DNA of 64,000 nucleotides from Myxococcota bacterium (GTDB lineage: Bacteria; Myxococcota; XYA12-FULL-58-9; JALHOP01): assembly GCA_041288095.1 (NCBI GenBank), contig JBGGMJ010000158.1, positions 11,133 to 75,132 of the forward strand, given 5' to 3'. This document shows, piece by piece, positions 19,904 to 29,719 of this stretch; positions within the stretch are counted from its first letter, which is position 1, and each line of letters begins with the position of its first letter. The position numbers and the translations under genes were made by a program. Below the pieces are notes generated by a model. The model was not told where the DNA came from. It searched no databases and saw nothing but the letters and a program-made list of their open reading frames with translations.

Positions 19904-21463
19904 ATGGCGATGCGATCGACCTATGACTATGTCGTCGTCGGCGCGGGCAGCGCGGGTTGCGTCGTCGCCGGCCGCCTAGCCCGCGGCGACGCGCAAGTGC
20001 TCCTCGTCGAAGCCGGTGGGACGAACCGCATTCCCGCGGTCACCGTGCCGGGCAAGTGGCCTTTGCTGCTCGATACCGAGGCCGACTGGGGCTTCCGCAC
20101 AACGCCGCAGCCGGGGCTCGCCCAACGCAGGCTGCACTGGCCGCGCGGCCGCATCCTCGGCGGCACCGGCTCGATGAACGCCATGGTGTACATCCGCGGC
20201 AGCAAGAGCGACTTCGACGGCTGGCGGGAGCTCGGCAACGAGGGCTGGGGCTACGACGACGTCCTCCCCTACTTCCTGGCCAGCGAAGACAATCACGAGC
20301 TTCATGACCGCTATCACGGCCGAGGCGGTCCGCTCGCCGTGACCACCGCCCCTTATCGCCATCCGCTCACCGCCGCCTTCTTGGAGGCCGCCCAGCACAC
20401 GGGCTTGCGTCACAATCCAGACTTCAACGGCGCGACTCAGGACGGCTACGGCACCTACCAAGTCCTCGCCAAAGACTGGGCTCGCTGGACCACCGCCGAC
20501 GGCTATCTGACCGGCCAGCCGCAGCTCGACGTCATGCTGCACGCGCGCACCCTGAACATCATCATCGATCGAGGTCGCGCCGTCGGCGTGAGGCTCTTCC
20601 ATGAGGGCGCCGTGCACGAGGTCCGCGCACAGCGTGAGATCGTGCTCTGCGCGGGGGCTATCGGCTCGCCGCAGCTCTTGATGTTGTCGGGCGTCGGCCC
20701 GCCGGACCACCTGCGCGAGCACGGCATCCCGGTCGCGGTCCCCTCGCCCGGCGTCGGCGGTAACCTCGTCGACCACCTGAGCGTGCGCGTGCGCTGGGCG
20801 GTGCGTGCTTCGGCTGGGGAGTGGCCGCCCTCGGCCGAGGCCGCCGAGCGCGAATACGCCGAGCATCGCCGCGGCCCCTTGAGCAGCCCCATCGTCGAAG
20901 CCGGCGCCTTCACCGCTACAGCGGACGGCACGCCGTTCCAGGTGTTGTTCCTACCGACGCTGGGCTCGGCGCACGACGGCGCTCGTCCGAGCCGCCCCGG
21001 CTTCCACATGACGGGCTACCAGCTGCTGCCCGCGAGCCACGGCACCGTCCGGCTCGCTTCGAACGATCCGCTCGATCCGCCGCGCATCGACCCCGCCTAC
21101 TTCTCGGAGGCCCACGATCACCGCGTCGCCGTCGACATCGTGCACGCGATGCGGCGGCTCGGCGCGGCGCCCGGCTTATCGGCTCACGTCGAGAGCGAAA
21201 CCGCGCCCGGCCTCGAGGCCCATGATGACGCCGCCATCGACACCTACGTCCGCACGACCGCGGCGACGCTCTTCCATCCGGTGGGTACGTGCAAGATGGG
21301 CATCGATGCGCACGCCGTCGTCGACCCACAGCTGCGCGTGCGGGGCGTCGAAGGCTTGCGCGTCGCGGACGCCTCGGCGATGCCGACCATGGTCAGCGGC
21401 AACACCAACGCCACCGTCATCATGATCGCGGAGAAGGCTAGCCGCCTCATCCTGGGCGGCTAG
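19904..21463 (+). CDS. GMC oxidoreductase (choline/alcohol dehydrogenase-like)
   Basis: GAGSAG FAD motif, RGRILGGTGSMNAM, GAIGSPQLLMLSG, HPVGTCKMG, LRVADAS, GNTNA. Confidence 0.93.
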   Translation: MAMRSTYDYVVVGAGSAGCVVAGRLARGDAQVLLVEAGGTNRIPAVTVPGKWPLLLDTEADWGFRTTPQPGLAQRRLHWPRGRILGGTGSMNAMVYIRGSKSDFDGWRELGNEGWGYDDVLPYFLASEDNHELHDRYHGRGGPLAVTTAPYRHPLTAAFLEAAQHTGLRHNPDFNGATQDGYGTYQVLAKDWARWTTADGYLTGQPQLDVMLHARTLNIIIDRGRAVGVRLFHEGAVHEVRAQREIVLCAGAIGSPQLLMLSGVGPPDHLREHGIPVAVPSPGVGGNLVDHLSVRVRWAVRASAGEWPPSAEAAEREYAEHRRGPLSSPIVEAGAFTATADGTPFQVLFLPTLGSAHDGARPSRPGFHMTGYQLLPASHGTVRLASNDPLDPPRIDPAYFSEAHDHRVAVDIVHAMRRLGAAPGLSAHVESETAPGLEAHDDAAIDTYVRTTAATLFHPVGTCKMGIDAHAVVDPQLRVRGVEGLRVADASAMPTMVSGNTNATVIMIAEKASRLILGG

Positions 21464-21470
21464 CAAGGCT

Positions 21471-22892
21471 CTAGCGAGGCGCCGGCAGCTTGACGTCGAT
21501 GAGCTGGCTCTGCGCGTACTCGCGGAGCCCCCAGATGCCGTGCTCGACACCAACACCGCTGGTCTTGGCGCCCCCGTAAGGCAGGAACGGCGTCATCGCG
21601 GAGTGCTGGTTGATCCACGCCGTGCCGACGTCGAGGGCTGCCGCGACCGGAGTGGCGGCCTCGGGGTCCGACGTCCACACCGATGCGTTCAAGCCGAAGG
21701 TCGTGTCGTTGGCGCGGCGCACGGCGTCCGCCGCGTCGGTGAAGCTCAAGATCGGCAAGACCGGCCCGAACTGCTCCTCGGCGACGAGTCGCGCGTCGTC
21801 CGCGATGGCGCTCACGATGGTCGGCCGCACGAAGTAGCCGGGACGCGCCAGGCGCTCGCCACCGGTATGGATGCGCGCTCCACGCCGTTTGGTGTCGGCG
21901 AGGAGTTCCTCGACTCGCGCCAGTTGGGCGGCATTACTGATCGGTCCCATCTGCGTCTGCGGATCGCTGCCGGGTCCGACACGGATACCCTCCGCGATGG
22001 CGGTCAGAGCCTCGACGAGCCGGTCGTGAACGCTCGCATGCACGTAGAGCCGCTTGATGGCCGCGCACGATTGTCCGCAATTGACGAAGGCGGCGTTGTA
22101 AATGCCCTCGGCGACCGCGGCGACGTCGGCGTCGGCGAGCACGATGCCGGCGTCGTTGCCGCCGAGCTCCAGGGTCACGCGCTTGAGCGACGGCGCTCCC
22201 GAAGCAAAGACGCGCCGACCGGTGGCCGTGCTGCCGGTGAAGGAGATCTTGCGGACGTCGGCATGCTGCGTGAGCGCATCACCGGCGTCACCGTCTCCCG
22301 GCAGCACATTGAGGACACCCGCCGGAAAATGCGAGGCCAGCAAGTGACCGACGGCGAGCGAGGCGATCGGCGTGAAAGGGGACGGCTTCACCACCACGGT
22401 GTTGCCCGCGCGCAGCGCCGGCGCCAGCTTCCAGGCCATCAAGGCGACGGGGAAATTCCAGGCGGGGATGGCCGCGACCACGCCCAGAGGCCGCAAGTGC
22501 AAGGTCGATACGCGATCGGCGGCGCGATGCACGACCTCGGGCGTCACCTCGAGCTCGGCGAAGTACTTGAACCAGCGGGCGGCGTTCTCGACCTCGAAGC
22601 GGGCCCGTCCGACGGGCTTGCCCTGCTCGCGGCAGATGAGTCCGGCGATGCGGTCGGCGGCGTCGAGGAGGCTCGTGGCGCAGCTCGCGAGCGCCTGGCG
22701 GCGCTTGGCCTCGTCACGGCTCCAGGATGGAAACGCGCGGCTCGCGCTCTCGACGGCGCGACCAATCTCCTCGGGTGTCGCCTTGGGATAGCTGGCGAAG
22801 GGGCGCTCGTCCGCGGGATCGATGACCTCGGCGCGGCGGCTGGGCGCGACGGCGCGGCCGTCGATGAGGAGGGATGGCTCGAGATCGTTCAT
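21471..22892 (-). CDS. Aldehyde dehydrogenase
   Basis: PAWNFP, KPSP, FTGSTATG, LELGGND, catalytic GQSC, EQFGP. Confidence 0.95.
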   Translation of the reverse strand: MNDLEPSLLIDGRAVAPSRRAEVIDPADERPFASYPKATPEEIGRAVESASRAFPSWSRDEAKRRQALASCATSLLDAADRIAGLICREQGKPVGRARFEVENAARWFKYFAELEVTPEVVHRAADRVSTLHLRPLGVVAAIPAWNFPVALMAWKLAPALRAGNTVVVKPSPFTPIASLAVGHLLASHFPAGVLNVLPGDGDAGDALTQHADVRKISFTGSTATGRRVFASGAPSLKRVTLELGGNDAGIVLADADVAAVAEGIYNAAFVNCGQSCAAIKRLYVHASVHDRLVEALTAIAEGIRVGPGSDPQTQMGPISNAAQLARVEELLADTKRRGARIHTGGERLARPGYFVRPTIVSAIADDARLVAEEQFGPVLPILSFTDAADAVRRANDTTFGLNASVWTSDPEAATPVAAALDVGTAWINQHSAMTPFLPYGGAKTSGVGVEHGIWGLREYAQSQLIDVKLPAPR

Positions 22893-22911
22893 GGGTCGGG
22901 TCCTGGGTCGT

Positions 22912-22950
22912 AAAAAAAAAGGTCGGCGTACGCGAAAGCATACGCCGACC
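22912..22950 (-). terminator. Rho-independent terminator
   Basis: Perfect 10-bp stem GGTCGGCGTA/TACGCCGACC (22921-22950) followed on the minus strand by T9, about 25 nt after the stop of the 22976 gene. Confidence 0.9.
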
Positions 22951-22975
22951 TCGAGTCAGTCAGCTTGCATCAACG

Positions 22976-24403
22976 TTATTGAACGGTGATGGGCGTCGTG
23001 GTCCACAACGGAATGCCGTTCGTCTGAACGAGCACGTTGTTGTAGACGAGACCCTGAGCATCACCGCGGTCGTCGAACTCGACGCGGCCCGAGGCGCCTT
23101 CGTAGTCGATGTCGACGCCCTGGAAGATCAGGTCGCGCGCGTGCTCGTAATCGTCCGGGTAGACCACTTCGCCCGGGCCGTTCGCGAGATCACGCACCGC
23201 CTGCGCCAGCGTCGCCGCGTCGGCGTCGGCGCCAACCTTGGTGATCGCGAGCGAAAACAGGAAGTACATGTCGAAGTTGCGCAGCGTCTGCACGCTCTCG
23301 ATGACCTTGGTCGGATCGTAGTCCGCCAAGATGCGCGCGTACGCTTCGGTGCCCGGCCAGGCCAGGTCGAAGTTCACGCCGACCGACTCCATCTGGTTCG
23401 ACGCCAAGAACGCCAAGGCCGCGGCGCTGACGTTCGAATAGTCGGTGCCGTAGGTCGGGGGCGCGAGGTAGAACTTGACGGTGTTGAAGCTGGCCGGCTT
23501 CGCACCCCAGGTCGTATCCGCCTTGAGCTGCGAATAGGCCTCGGCGAGCTGACGCACGTTCTGCTGCGGCACGTAGCCGAAGATGACCTGCGGATCATTC
23601 GTGGTGATGGTCTGCAGGATGGTCTTGAACTCGTCCACCGTCGGGCTCGCGGTGATACCGGACTCCGGAATGGTGCCGAAGCCGGCCGCGGCGGCCCGGG
23701 CCACGATGCCGCGCTTGACGGCATCACCGGTCGGGTTCGACGCCGTCATGATGGCGGCGCGCGTCGCCGTGGGATTCACGTCGATACCACGCTGAACGAC
23801 CGTGCGGCCCCAGTCGAAGGTGCGGTGGCTCAGACGGAAGTGGTAGCCGTGGTTGTCCCAGCAGGTGTTGGCCGCGTTCGACGGCGTCGGCGACTTGGTG
23901 ATCGCCCCGTCAGCCAGCTGAGCGGCGCTGCAGCCCGAGAGGCTGTCCTGCGTGCCGATGTACGTACCGAGCAAGACCCCCGCGGCGACCGGGATGTTCG
24001 CGTTCGGCGCGGTCGTATCGTTGGCGCCGATACCCGTCATCGCCTTGACGCCCGCGTCAACCAGCTGCTGCGTGACCGCTTGAGCGGTCGTGACGCTGCC
24101 CTGGGTGTCGAGCTCGGTGATGGCGAGCGGCACGCCTGCTTCGGTCGCGCTGCCCAAGATGCCGCAGTGGCGGTTGATCTCGAAGATCGCCACCGGAGTA
24201 GCGTCCTTCGCGAAGATCGACGTACCACCCGCGCCCGTGATCGGGCTCGCGGAGCCGATGGCGTAGGGTTCGCCCTCGTCGTTGAAGCAGTCGAATTCTT
24301 CTTCTTCTTCTTCTTTCTTGTCATCGCCGCACGCGCTCATTGCGAACGCGCCAAACGCCAATGCCAAGGTCCAGTGCAGCCACTTTGTCTTCATGAAGTT
24401 CAT
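22976..24403 (-). CDS. Periplasmic binding protein type 1 (LivJ-like) lipoprotein
   Basis: Lipobox MSAC followed by a Glu tract; C-terminal IDYEGASGRVEFDDRGD is typical of this family. AAGGA RBS before ATG 24403 (ATG 24394 also possible). Confidence 0.75.
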   Translation of the reverse strand: MNFMKTKWLHWTLALAFGAFAMSACGDDKKEEEEEEFDCFNDEGEPYAIGSASPITGAGGTSIFAKDATPVAIFEINRHCGILGSATEAGVPLAITELDTQGSVTTAQAVTQQLVDAGVKAMTGIGANDTTAPNANIPVAAGVLLGTYIGTQDSLSGCSAAQLADGAITKSPTPSNAANTCWDNHGYHFRLSHRTFDWGRTVVQRGIDVNPTATRAAIMTASNPTGDAVKRGIVARAAAAGFGTIPESGITASPTVDEFKTILQTITTNDPQVIFGYVPQQNVRQLAEAYSQLKADTTWGAKPASFNTVKFYLAPPTYGTDYSNVSAAALAFLASNQMESVGVNFDLAWPGTEAYARILADYDPTKVIESVQTLRNFDMYFLFSLAITKVGADADAATLAQAVRDLANGPGEVVYPDDYEHARDLIFQGVDIDYEGASGRVEFDDRGDAQGLVYNNVLVQTNGIPLWTTTPITVQ

Positions 24404-24470
24404 TTCCTTTTTTGTCGCGCCCGATTCCGGCCCATGCCGGACCGCCGAAAACGATTCGTTCCCACACACG

Positions 24471-26318
24471 TTACTCTCTCAGAATCGCTCCGACGTTCCC
24501 GGGCTCGACTGTCGATACTTGGTAAAACCCGCGCTTGCTTCCTTGCGATGCGATCTTCCAGATTTGAACGGTGTTGAGCACGTCACCAGCCGGGCTCAGG
24601 GCCAGGTTGCCGCTGGCACCGAGTAGCTTGATCTCGGTCCCCGCCGAGAGCGCGGTTTTGGCGCTGGCGAGCTCGTCGGCGGCGAAACCGGAGACGGGGT
24701 TCGTGCACAAGATGGTCTGCGGGTTCGGAAGGATTTGCGTGATGCAACCCAGCGAGACCGGCTGAATCGAGTTCTTGATCTGGGAGGCGGCGCTCTGATC
24801 GAGCGGACCACTCTGCGAGCGGGCGCGCTGCCAACCGGCCCGTTCGATCGCCAAAGCGGACAAGACGACGGCGTCGAAGGCGTTGCCGCTGTACTGATCC
24901 GGTGGCTGGCCCCAACGGGCGGCGTAGAGGTCGGGGAAGAAGCTGCGATCGGGCGCCAGCGTGTACGGGTCGACGCTGAACAGGTTGCGAATCGTGTTGC
25001 TGCCGAGCTGGTCGACGACCAACTGGCTGCGCACGAGGTCAGTGCCCATCCAGAAGACGCGGTCGGAGCCGGTCGGCAGGGAAGCGGTCTGCAGCTGCCA
25101 CTCTTGCATCAGCAACGCCGCCTCGGTGGCGCGCGCGAAGATGAAGACGACGGTGTCCGCGAAATCGTAGTTGGCTGGCAGGTCGCCGGCGGTGATCGAG
25201 GCGTCGAGACCCGCGCGGCCGGCCTCGAAGAGATCCTGGATGTTCTGGTTGAACGCGATCGGATTCGTCGGGTCGAACGCCACCCGCGACAGGATGATGC
25301 GGTCGCGCGCGCCGACCCAGGTGTCTTCGACGTCGGTCAGGAGGCTGCGGCCGAAGGCGCTATCCTCGTAGATCACCATCGCCGAGCGGGGCTGCGTGGT
25401 CAGTGTGCAATAGCGGCGCTCGCGGAAGCGCTGGCAGATGCCGTCGACGCACTCGAAGTTGGCGCCGAGCTTGTCGCAGAAGCCCTCGGCCTCGCCGCCG
25501 CAGGATTCCTCGGTCTGCTGGTAGAAATCTTTCTCGGGCTCGGCCAAGGCGAAGTTGCGCTGGCAGGAATACTGGGCGCCGTATTTGCTCTCGCAGTAGG
25601 TCGCCGTCGGGGCGGCCGTGCACTCGTCCTCGGTGCGATCCTCGGCGCGGAAGAGCACCTTGCCGCGCGCCTCGGTGTTGGTGCCGACCGTCGCCAACAC
25701 GTTCATCTGCACGTAGTCGGCGACGATGAGCCGGTAGACGTAGCCCGGCAGCTGCGAGACGGTGTCCTGGGCGGTCCTATCGGGCAGCTTCGAGATGCTG
25801 TCCGAGGTGACCACCGGAGAGATCAGCGAGGTGGAGGTCCCCGTGACGTTGGTGAACACGCTCTCCATCTCGTCGGCGGTGCAAGGCCCGATGATGATCG
25901 GCACCTCGTAGTCCTCGACGAGGGAGGTGGCGGTCGCCACCGCGGTTTGCGTGTCTTGCTCGGTGTCCGCGACGATGACCTTGATGGGCGCGCGCAAGGT
26001 CGTGCCCGAGGAGTCGCGGCCGGCCCAGACGCCGCAGTTCCCACGAGCGCGGCACGGAATGTCGTCTTCGTCGACGTCGGGGAAGGCGCGGACGCTGCCG
26101 TTCACGAGCTCTTCGGCGAGCTTGACGCTGCGCTCGAGGCCGCTCGCCTTGGCGGAGATGTCACCGGTGACGCACATGAGCGCGCCCACGTTGACGGCGG
26201 GCGCGTCGAAAGCAGGCAGCCCCTCTTCGCCGGTGAGGGGGTCGGTCCCACATCCGCTCACGAGGACGAGAGGTAGGACGAAGGGGAACAACAAGGCGAA
26301 CGCGGAGTTGAGTCTCAC
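24471..26318 (-). CDS. Periplasmic binding protein type 1 lipoprotein with Cys-rich insertion
   Basis: Lipobox VSGC, IIGP, LISP, GASGNLALSPAGD. Cys-rich segment in the middle. GTG 26318 chosen; the track extension overlaps the upstream gene. Confidence 0.7.
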   Translation of the reverse strand: MRLNSAFALLFPFVLPLVLVSGCGTDPLTGEEGLPAFDAPAVNVGALMCVTGDISAKASGLERSVKLAEELVNGSVRAFPDVDEDDIPCRARGNCGVWAGRDSSGTTLRAPIKVIVADTEQDTQTAVATATSLVEDYEVPIIIGPCTADEMESVFTNVTGTSTSLISPVVTSDSISKLPDRTAQDTVSQLPGYVYRLIVADYVQMNVLATVGTNTEARGKVLFRAEDRTEDECTAAPTATYCESKYGAQYSCQRNFALAEPEKDFYQQTEESCGGEAEGFCDKLGANFECVDGICQRFRERRYCTLTTQPRSAMVIYEDSAFGRSLLTDVEDTWVGARDRIILSRVAFDPTNPIAFNQNIQDLFEAGRAGLDASITAGDLPANYDFADTVVFIFARATEAALLMQEWQLQTASLPTGSDRVFWMGTDLVRSQLVVDQLGSNTIRNLFSVDPYTLAPDRSFFPDLYAARWGQPPDQYSGNAFDAVVLSALAIERAGWQRARSQSGPLDQSAASQIKNSIQPVSLGCITQILPNPQTILCTNPVSGFAADELASAKTALSAGTEIKLLGASGNLALSPAGDVLNTVQIWKIASQGSKRGFYQVSTVEPGNVGAILRE

Positions 26319-26407
26319 TGGTATCAAGTTCCTCGAGACGAGCGAGATTGTACACCCTAACTGGTGACACTCGCGACGCTGTAACGAACACCGGGAAGCC
26401 GGTCGAG

Positions 26408-27733
26408 TCAAGTTCGCCTCCAACGTACGTGCGAGGAGGTAACGCCTTTGACGTGCGTCACACCACATAACTTCAATGTCGTGGTGAGCTCGGCGTCGAG
26501 GATTTCCAGCAGCCGGGTGACCCCCGCTTCGCCGAAAGATCCCAGCGCCCAGGCCTGCGGCCGGCCGACCGCTATAGCATCCGCGCCCAGCGCCAGCCCT
26601 TTCACTACATCCACCCCTCGCCGCACACCGCCGTCGACAATCAGCGGCAGACGCTTGCGGATGACATGGACGACTTCCTCCAGGGCCTCGATTGGCGCCA
26701 TGCCGCTGTTCTCCTGGCGGCCGCCGTGGTTCGACACCCAGACCCCGTCGGCGCCGTGCTCCACCGCCAGGGTCGTGTCCTCGGCGGTCATCACGCCCTT
26801 GAGAACGATACGCAGCTTGGTGATGCCGCGGATCTTCGAAAACAGCTCCCAGGTAATGGGGACGATCGCCGCCTTGACGTTCGTCAGATCGAGATCCGCG
26901 AACATGGGGAAGTGCCGCAAGTAGCCGGTGAGCGATCCGCGCCCTGGATAGACCGGGTTGACGTCGGCGCCGTGGCACGTCGCGCATTGAGCGCTGTCCG
27001 TGCGGGCCGCGCGAGCGAGCGATAGGCGGTTGCCGCGCGTTGCCATGTCGGTCGACAAGACGAGGGTCGAGCACCCCGCCTCTTCGACCTTGCGGATGAG
27101 GCGCGTCGTCACCTCGAAGTCGTTCGTCGGGTACATCTGGTACCAGACCAGGCTCGGGTCACCCGCGGCTCGCGCCACCGCGCCGATGTCGCGGGACGCG
27201 GTGCCCGACAGCACGAAGATCTGACCGCGGCGCGCACTGGCGCGTGCGGTCGCCTCTTCGGCCTGCGCATCGAACAAGCCCTGCGCCGCGACCGGCGCGA
27301 GGATGATGGGGCTCTTCAGCTTGGCGCCGAGCAGCTCGAGCTTGGTGTCGACGACGCGCGTGTCGATGAACCGTCGTGGCCGCAATTGCAGACGCGAAAA
27401 GGCGGTCTCGTTGACGCGGACGGTGGCGTTGTCGTCGGACCCGCCCATGAGCTGTTCCCAGTGACTCGGGCTGACGCGCGACTTCGCGAGCGCCTCGAAG
27501 TCGAACACATCGAGGGCATCCTCGACCCGCTCGATGAGGCCGGTGGGCACTTTGGGGAGCGCCGGCAGCGGCACCGCGCTCGGGTCAGCGTCCGCCATAG
27601 TGGACGGAGCTCCGGAGGTATCGCGGCACGCGAAGTGCGCGAGCAGGGGTGAAGCAGCGAGGAACCGCAGAAACTCCCGGCGAAACAACGCGCGTTGATC
27701 GCGGGGAAGCGACGCATCGAAGGGGGGCGGCAT
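26408..27733 (-). CDS. FMN-dependent alpha-hydroxy-acid oxidase/dehydrogenase with Tat-like leader
   Basis: PIILAPV, WYQMY, LKG, SNHGGRQ, DGGVRRGVDVVKGLALGA, GRP. RREFL leader and an internal CATCH. Confidence 0.9.
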   Translation of the reverse strand: MPPPFDASLPRDQRALFRREFLRFLAASPLLAHFACRDTSGAPSTMADADPSAVPLPALPKVPTGLIERVEDALDVFDFEALAKSRVSPSHWEQLMGGSDDNATVRVNETAFSRLQLRPRRFIDTRVVDTKLELLGAKLKSPIILAPVAAQGLFDAQAEEATARASARRGQIFVLSGTASRDIGAVARAAGDPSLVWYQMYPTNDFEVTTRLIRKVEEAGCSTLVLSTDMATRGNRLSLARAARTDSAQCATCHGADVNPVYPGRGSLTGYLRHFPMFADLDLTNVKAAIVPITWELFSKIRGITKLRIVLKGVMTAEDTTLAVEHGADGVWVSNHGGRQENSGMAPIEALEEVVHVIRKRLPLIVDGGVRRGVDVVKGLALGADAIAVGRPQAWALGSFGEAGVTRLLEILDAELTTTLKLCGVTHVKGVTSSHVRWRRT

Positions 27734-27849
27734 GGGCCCGCAGGTTAGCGCGAGTCTGGCGACTCACCAAATGTTTGAGCCTTACCCCTGGCTGCGGTAC
27801 ACAGGCTCGCCCCGTTCCCGGCCGCATCCTAACGATGCCTGGAGTCGAA

Positions 27850-28809
27850 ATGCGTTTCGCTGTCCTCATCGCGCTGGCCACCAACATCGCGTGTGCAACC
27901 TCGGGAACCACCGCGGGGGCGCCGTCCGCCGGCGCGCACAGTGCTCACTCCGCGCCGAAAGCCGACGCCGCTCCGGCCACCCCGCCCGCGGTGCTCACCA
28001 CCTTCGACATGCCGAAGCTCGACGGCTTGACCGGCCTGAAGGGCCGCATGGTCAACGAGCGCGTCTATCGCGTCGACATGATCCGCCCCGAGACCCCGGT
28101 GACCGCGGAAAACGTGAAGATCATCAGCGGCTTCGCGCTCCCCACGTGGGCGACGTTCCAGCACGTCGATGCGCAGACCACGATGGTCATGGGCGACATC
28201 TTCCTCACGGAATATCAGATCACCCCAATCATGAAGAAGGCGCTCGAGCTCGGCTTCGAGGTCACCGCCCTGCACAACCATTTCCTCTGGGAAACGCCCA
28301 AGGTGATGTTCATGCACTTCGCGGGGATGGGGAACATCGACCAGCTGGCCGGGAACGTCGGCACCTTGTTCAAGGAGCTCAAGGTCCCCGTGGTCACGCG
28401 CCCCGTGCGGCCCGTCATCGACTCCGGCGCTTCGAAGCTGAACGCCGAGGCGATCGACGCCGCCATCGGCTACAAGGGCCGCGACCGCAACGGCACCTAC
28501 TTGCTGGCCATCGATCGCCCCGTGAAGATGGGCGGCCACGACGTCGCTCCGGGCATGATGATGGCGACGCTGGTGCTCATGGCCGGCACGCAAGAGATGG
28601 CGTTTGCCACCGGTGACATCGCCGTCTACCCGCAGCACATGCAAGCCGTCATCAAAGCGTGTCTCGATCGCGGCATGGACGTCGTGTCGATCCACAACCA
28701 CATGGTCGACGACGAGCCACGGACGATGTTCGTCCACTACTGGGTCTATGGCCCCGCCGTGGAGATCGCGACCAAGCTCAAGGAAGTCTTTGCGAAGGCA
28801 CCGCAATAA
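27850..28809 (+). CDS. DUF1259 (LppY/LpqO-like) secreted protein
   Basis: Two tandem domains with ALHNH...FMH and SIHNH...FVHY, and a signal peptide from ATG 27850. Confidence 0.8.
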   Translation: MRFAVLIALATNIACATSGTTAGAPSAGAHSAHSAPKADAAPATPPAVLTTFDMPKLDGLTGLKGRMVNERVYRVDMIRPETPVTAENVKIISGFALPTWATFQHVDAQTTMVMGDIFLTEYQITPIMKKALELGFEVTALHNHFLWETPKVMFMHFAGMGNIDQLAGNVGTLFKELKVPVVTRPVRPVIDSGASKLNAEAIDAAIGYKGRDRNGTYLLAIDRPVKMGGHDVAPGMMMATLVLMAGTQEMAFATGDIAVYPQHMQAVIKACLDRGMDVVSIHNHMVDDEPRTMFVHYWVYGPAVEIATKLKEVFAKAPQ

Positions 28810-29719
28810 CGGTCAGGCGAGGCGCCGCGAGCGCCACGCCGATGCCTCCCAAGACCGCGGCACCGCCGAGCACGAGTCGCACCGTCGGGTGCTCGCCGAA
28901 AGCGAACACCGCGACGCCGGCGGTGATGACCGGCTGCAGGTTCATGAACATGAGCACCTGCGTCGGGCTGAGCTTGCTGAAGGAATACGACCACAACAGC
29001 GACATCAGCGCGCCGCCTAGTGTGCCGAGGAGCACGATCGCCGTGATGGTGCTCGAGGTCAGTGCTCGCGCCGTGGCGGTGAGATAGTCCCAGTCGGTGG
29101 CGATGGCCGCCGGCAAGAGCAGCACGGCGGCGCTCGCCATGCGGTAGACGGCCACGGTGAACGGCGCGTAGCGTGTAAGGGCGCGCTTCTGCAAGAAACC
29201 GCCGAGCGCCATGCCGAACGCCGCGGCGAGAACGACCGCGTCGGCGACCAGATCGCCGCTCACCGCCAGGTCACCGTTCGACGGCCAGACGAGCACGATG
29301 ACGCCGGCCAGAGTCGCGGCCGCGCCCAACAGCTTACGTAGAGAGATGGGCTCGGCGCGCAAGAGGATGCCGAGCCCCAAGCTCCACAGAGGCGTGGTGG
29401 CGAACAAGATGGAGACGCGCGCCACCGGACTTTTCGTGAGCGCGTAGGCCAGCCCAACGGTCGTCAGGCAGAAGGTCATCAGGCCGACGAAGGCGAGCGA
29501 CGGTAGGTCGCGTGCGCTCAAGCGCATCACCTTGGCTCGGCCCATCGCCATGCCGCAGGCGAGCAAGCAGCCCGTGCCGACCAGATAGCGCAGGCAGCCC
29601 AAGGAGACGGGAGGGACTTCCTTCACCGCCACCTTGAGCAGGAGCGTCGACATCGACGCGCACAGCGCCGCCCCGAGGCACGCCAACAAGGCCACGAACT
29701 CTTTGGCAGTGCGAGTCAC
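28778..29719 (-). CDS. DMT/EamA family transporter, last gene of the PKS operon
   Basis: About 10 hydrophobic segments in two repeats, NLQPV..FGE. GTGA overlap with the PKS stop. Confidence 0.88.
   Translation of the reverse strand: MTRTAKEFVALLACLGAALCASMSTLLLKVAVKEVPPVSLGCLRYLVGTGCLLACGMAMGRAKVMRLSARDLPSLAFVGLMTFCLTTVGLAYALTKSPVARVSILFATTPLWSLGLGILLRAEPISLRKLLGAAATLAGVIVLVWPSNGDLAVSGDLVADAVVLAAAFGMALGGFLQKRALTRYAPFTVAVYRMASAAVLLLPAAIATDWDYLTATARALTSSTITAIVLLGTLGGALMSLLWSYSFSKLSPTQVLMFMNLQPVITAGVAVFAFGEHPTVRLVLGGAAVLGGIGVALAAPRLTVIAVPSQRLP

Noticed and set aside
24296..24313. (TTC)6 tract as a phase-variation repeat
   Set aside because: In-frame poly-Glu linker after the lipoprotein Cys; slippage would not shift the frame.
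22874..24577. Long opposite-strand or alternate-frame ORFs (also 9682-11211, 32412-34658, 34938-37385, 43997-46354, 55148-57160, 61713-63641)
   Set aside because: Shadows of well-supported genes in high-GC DNA; Arg/Gly/Val-rich with no motifs.
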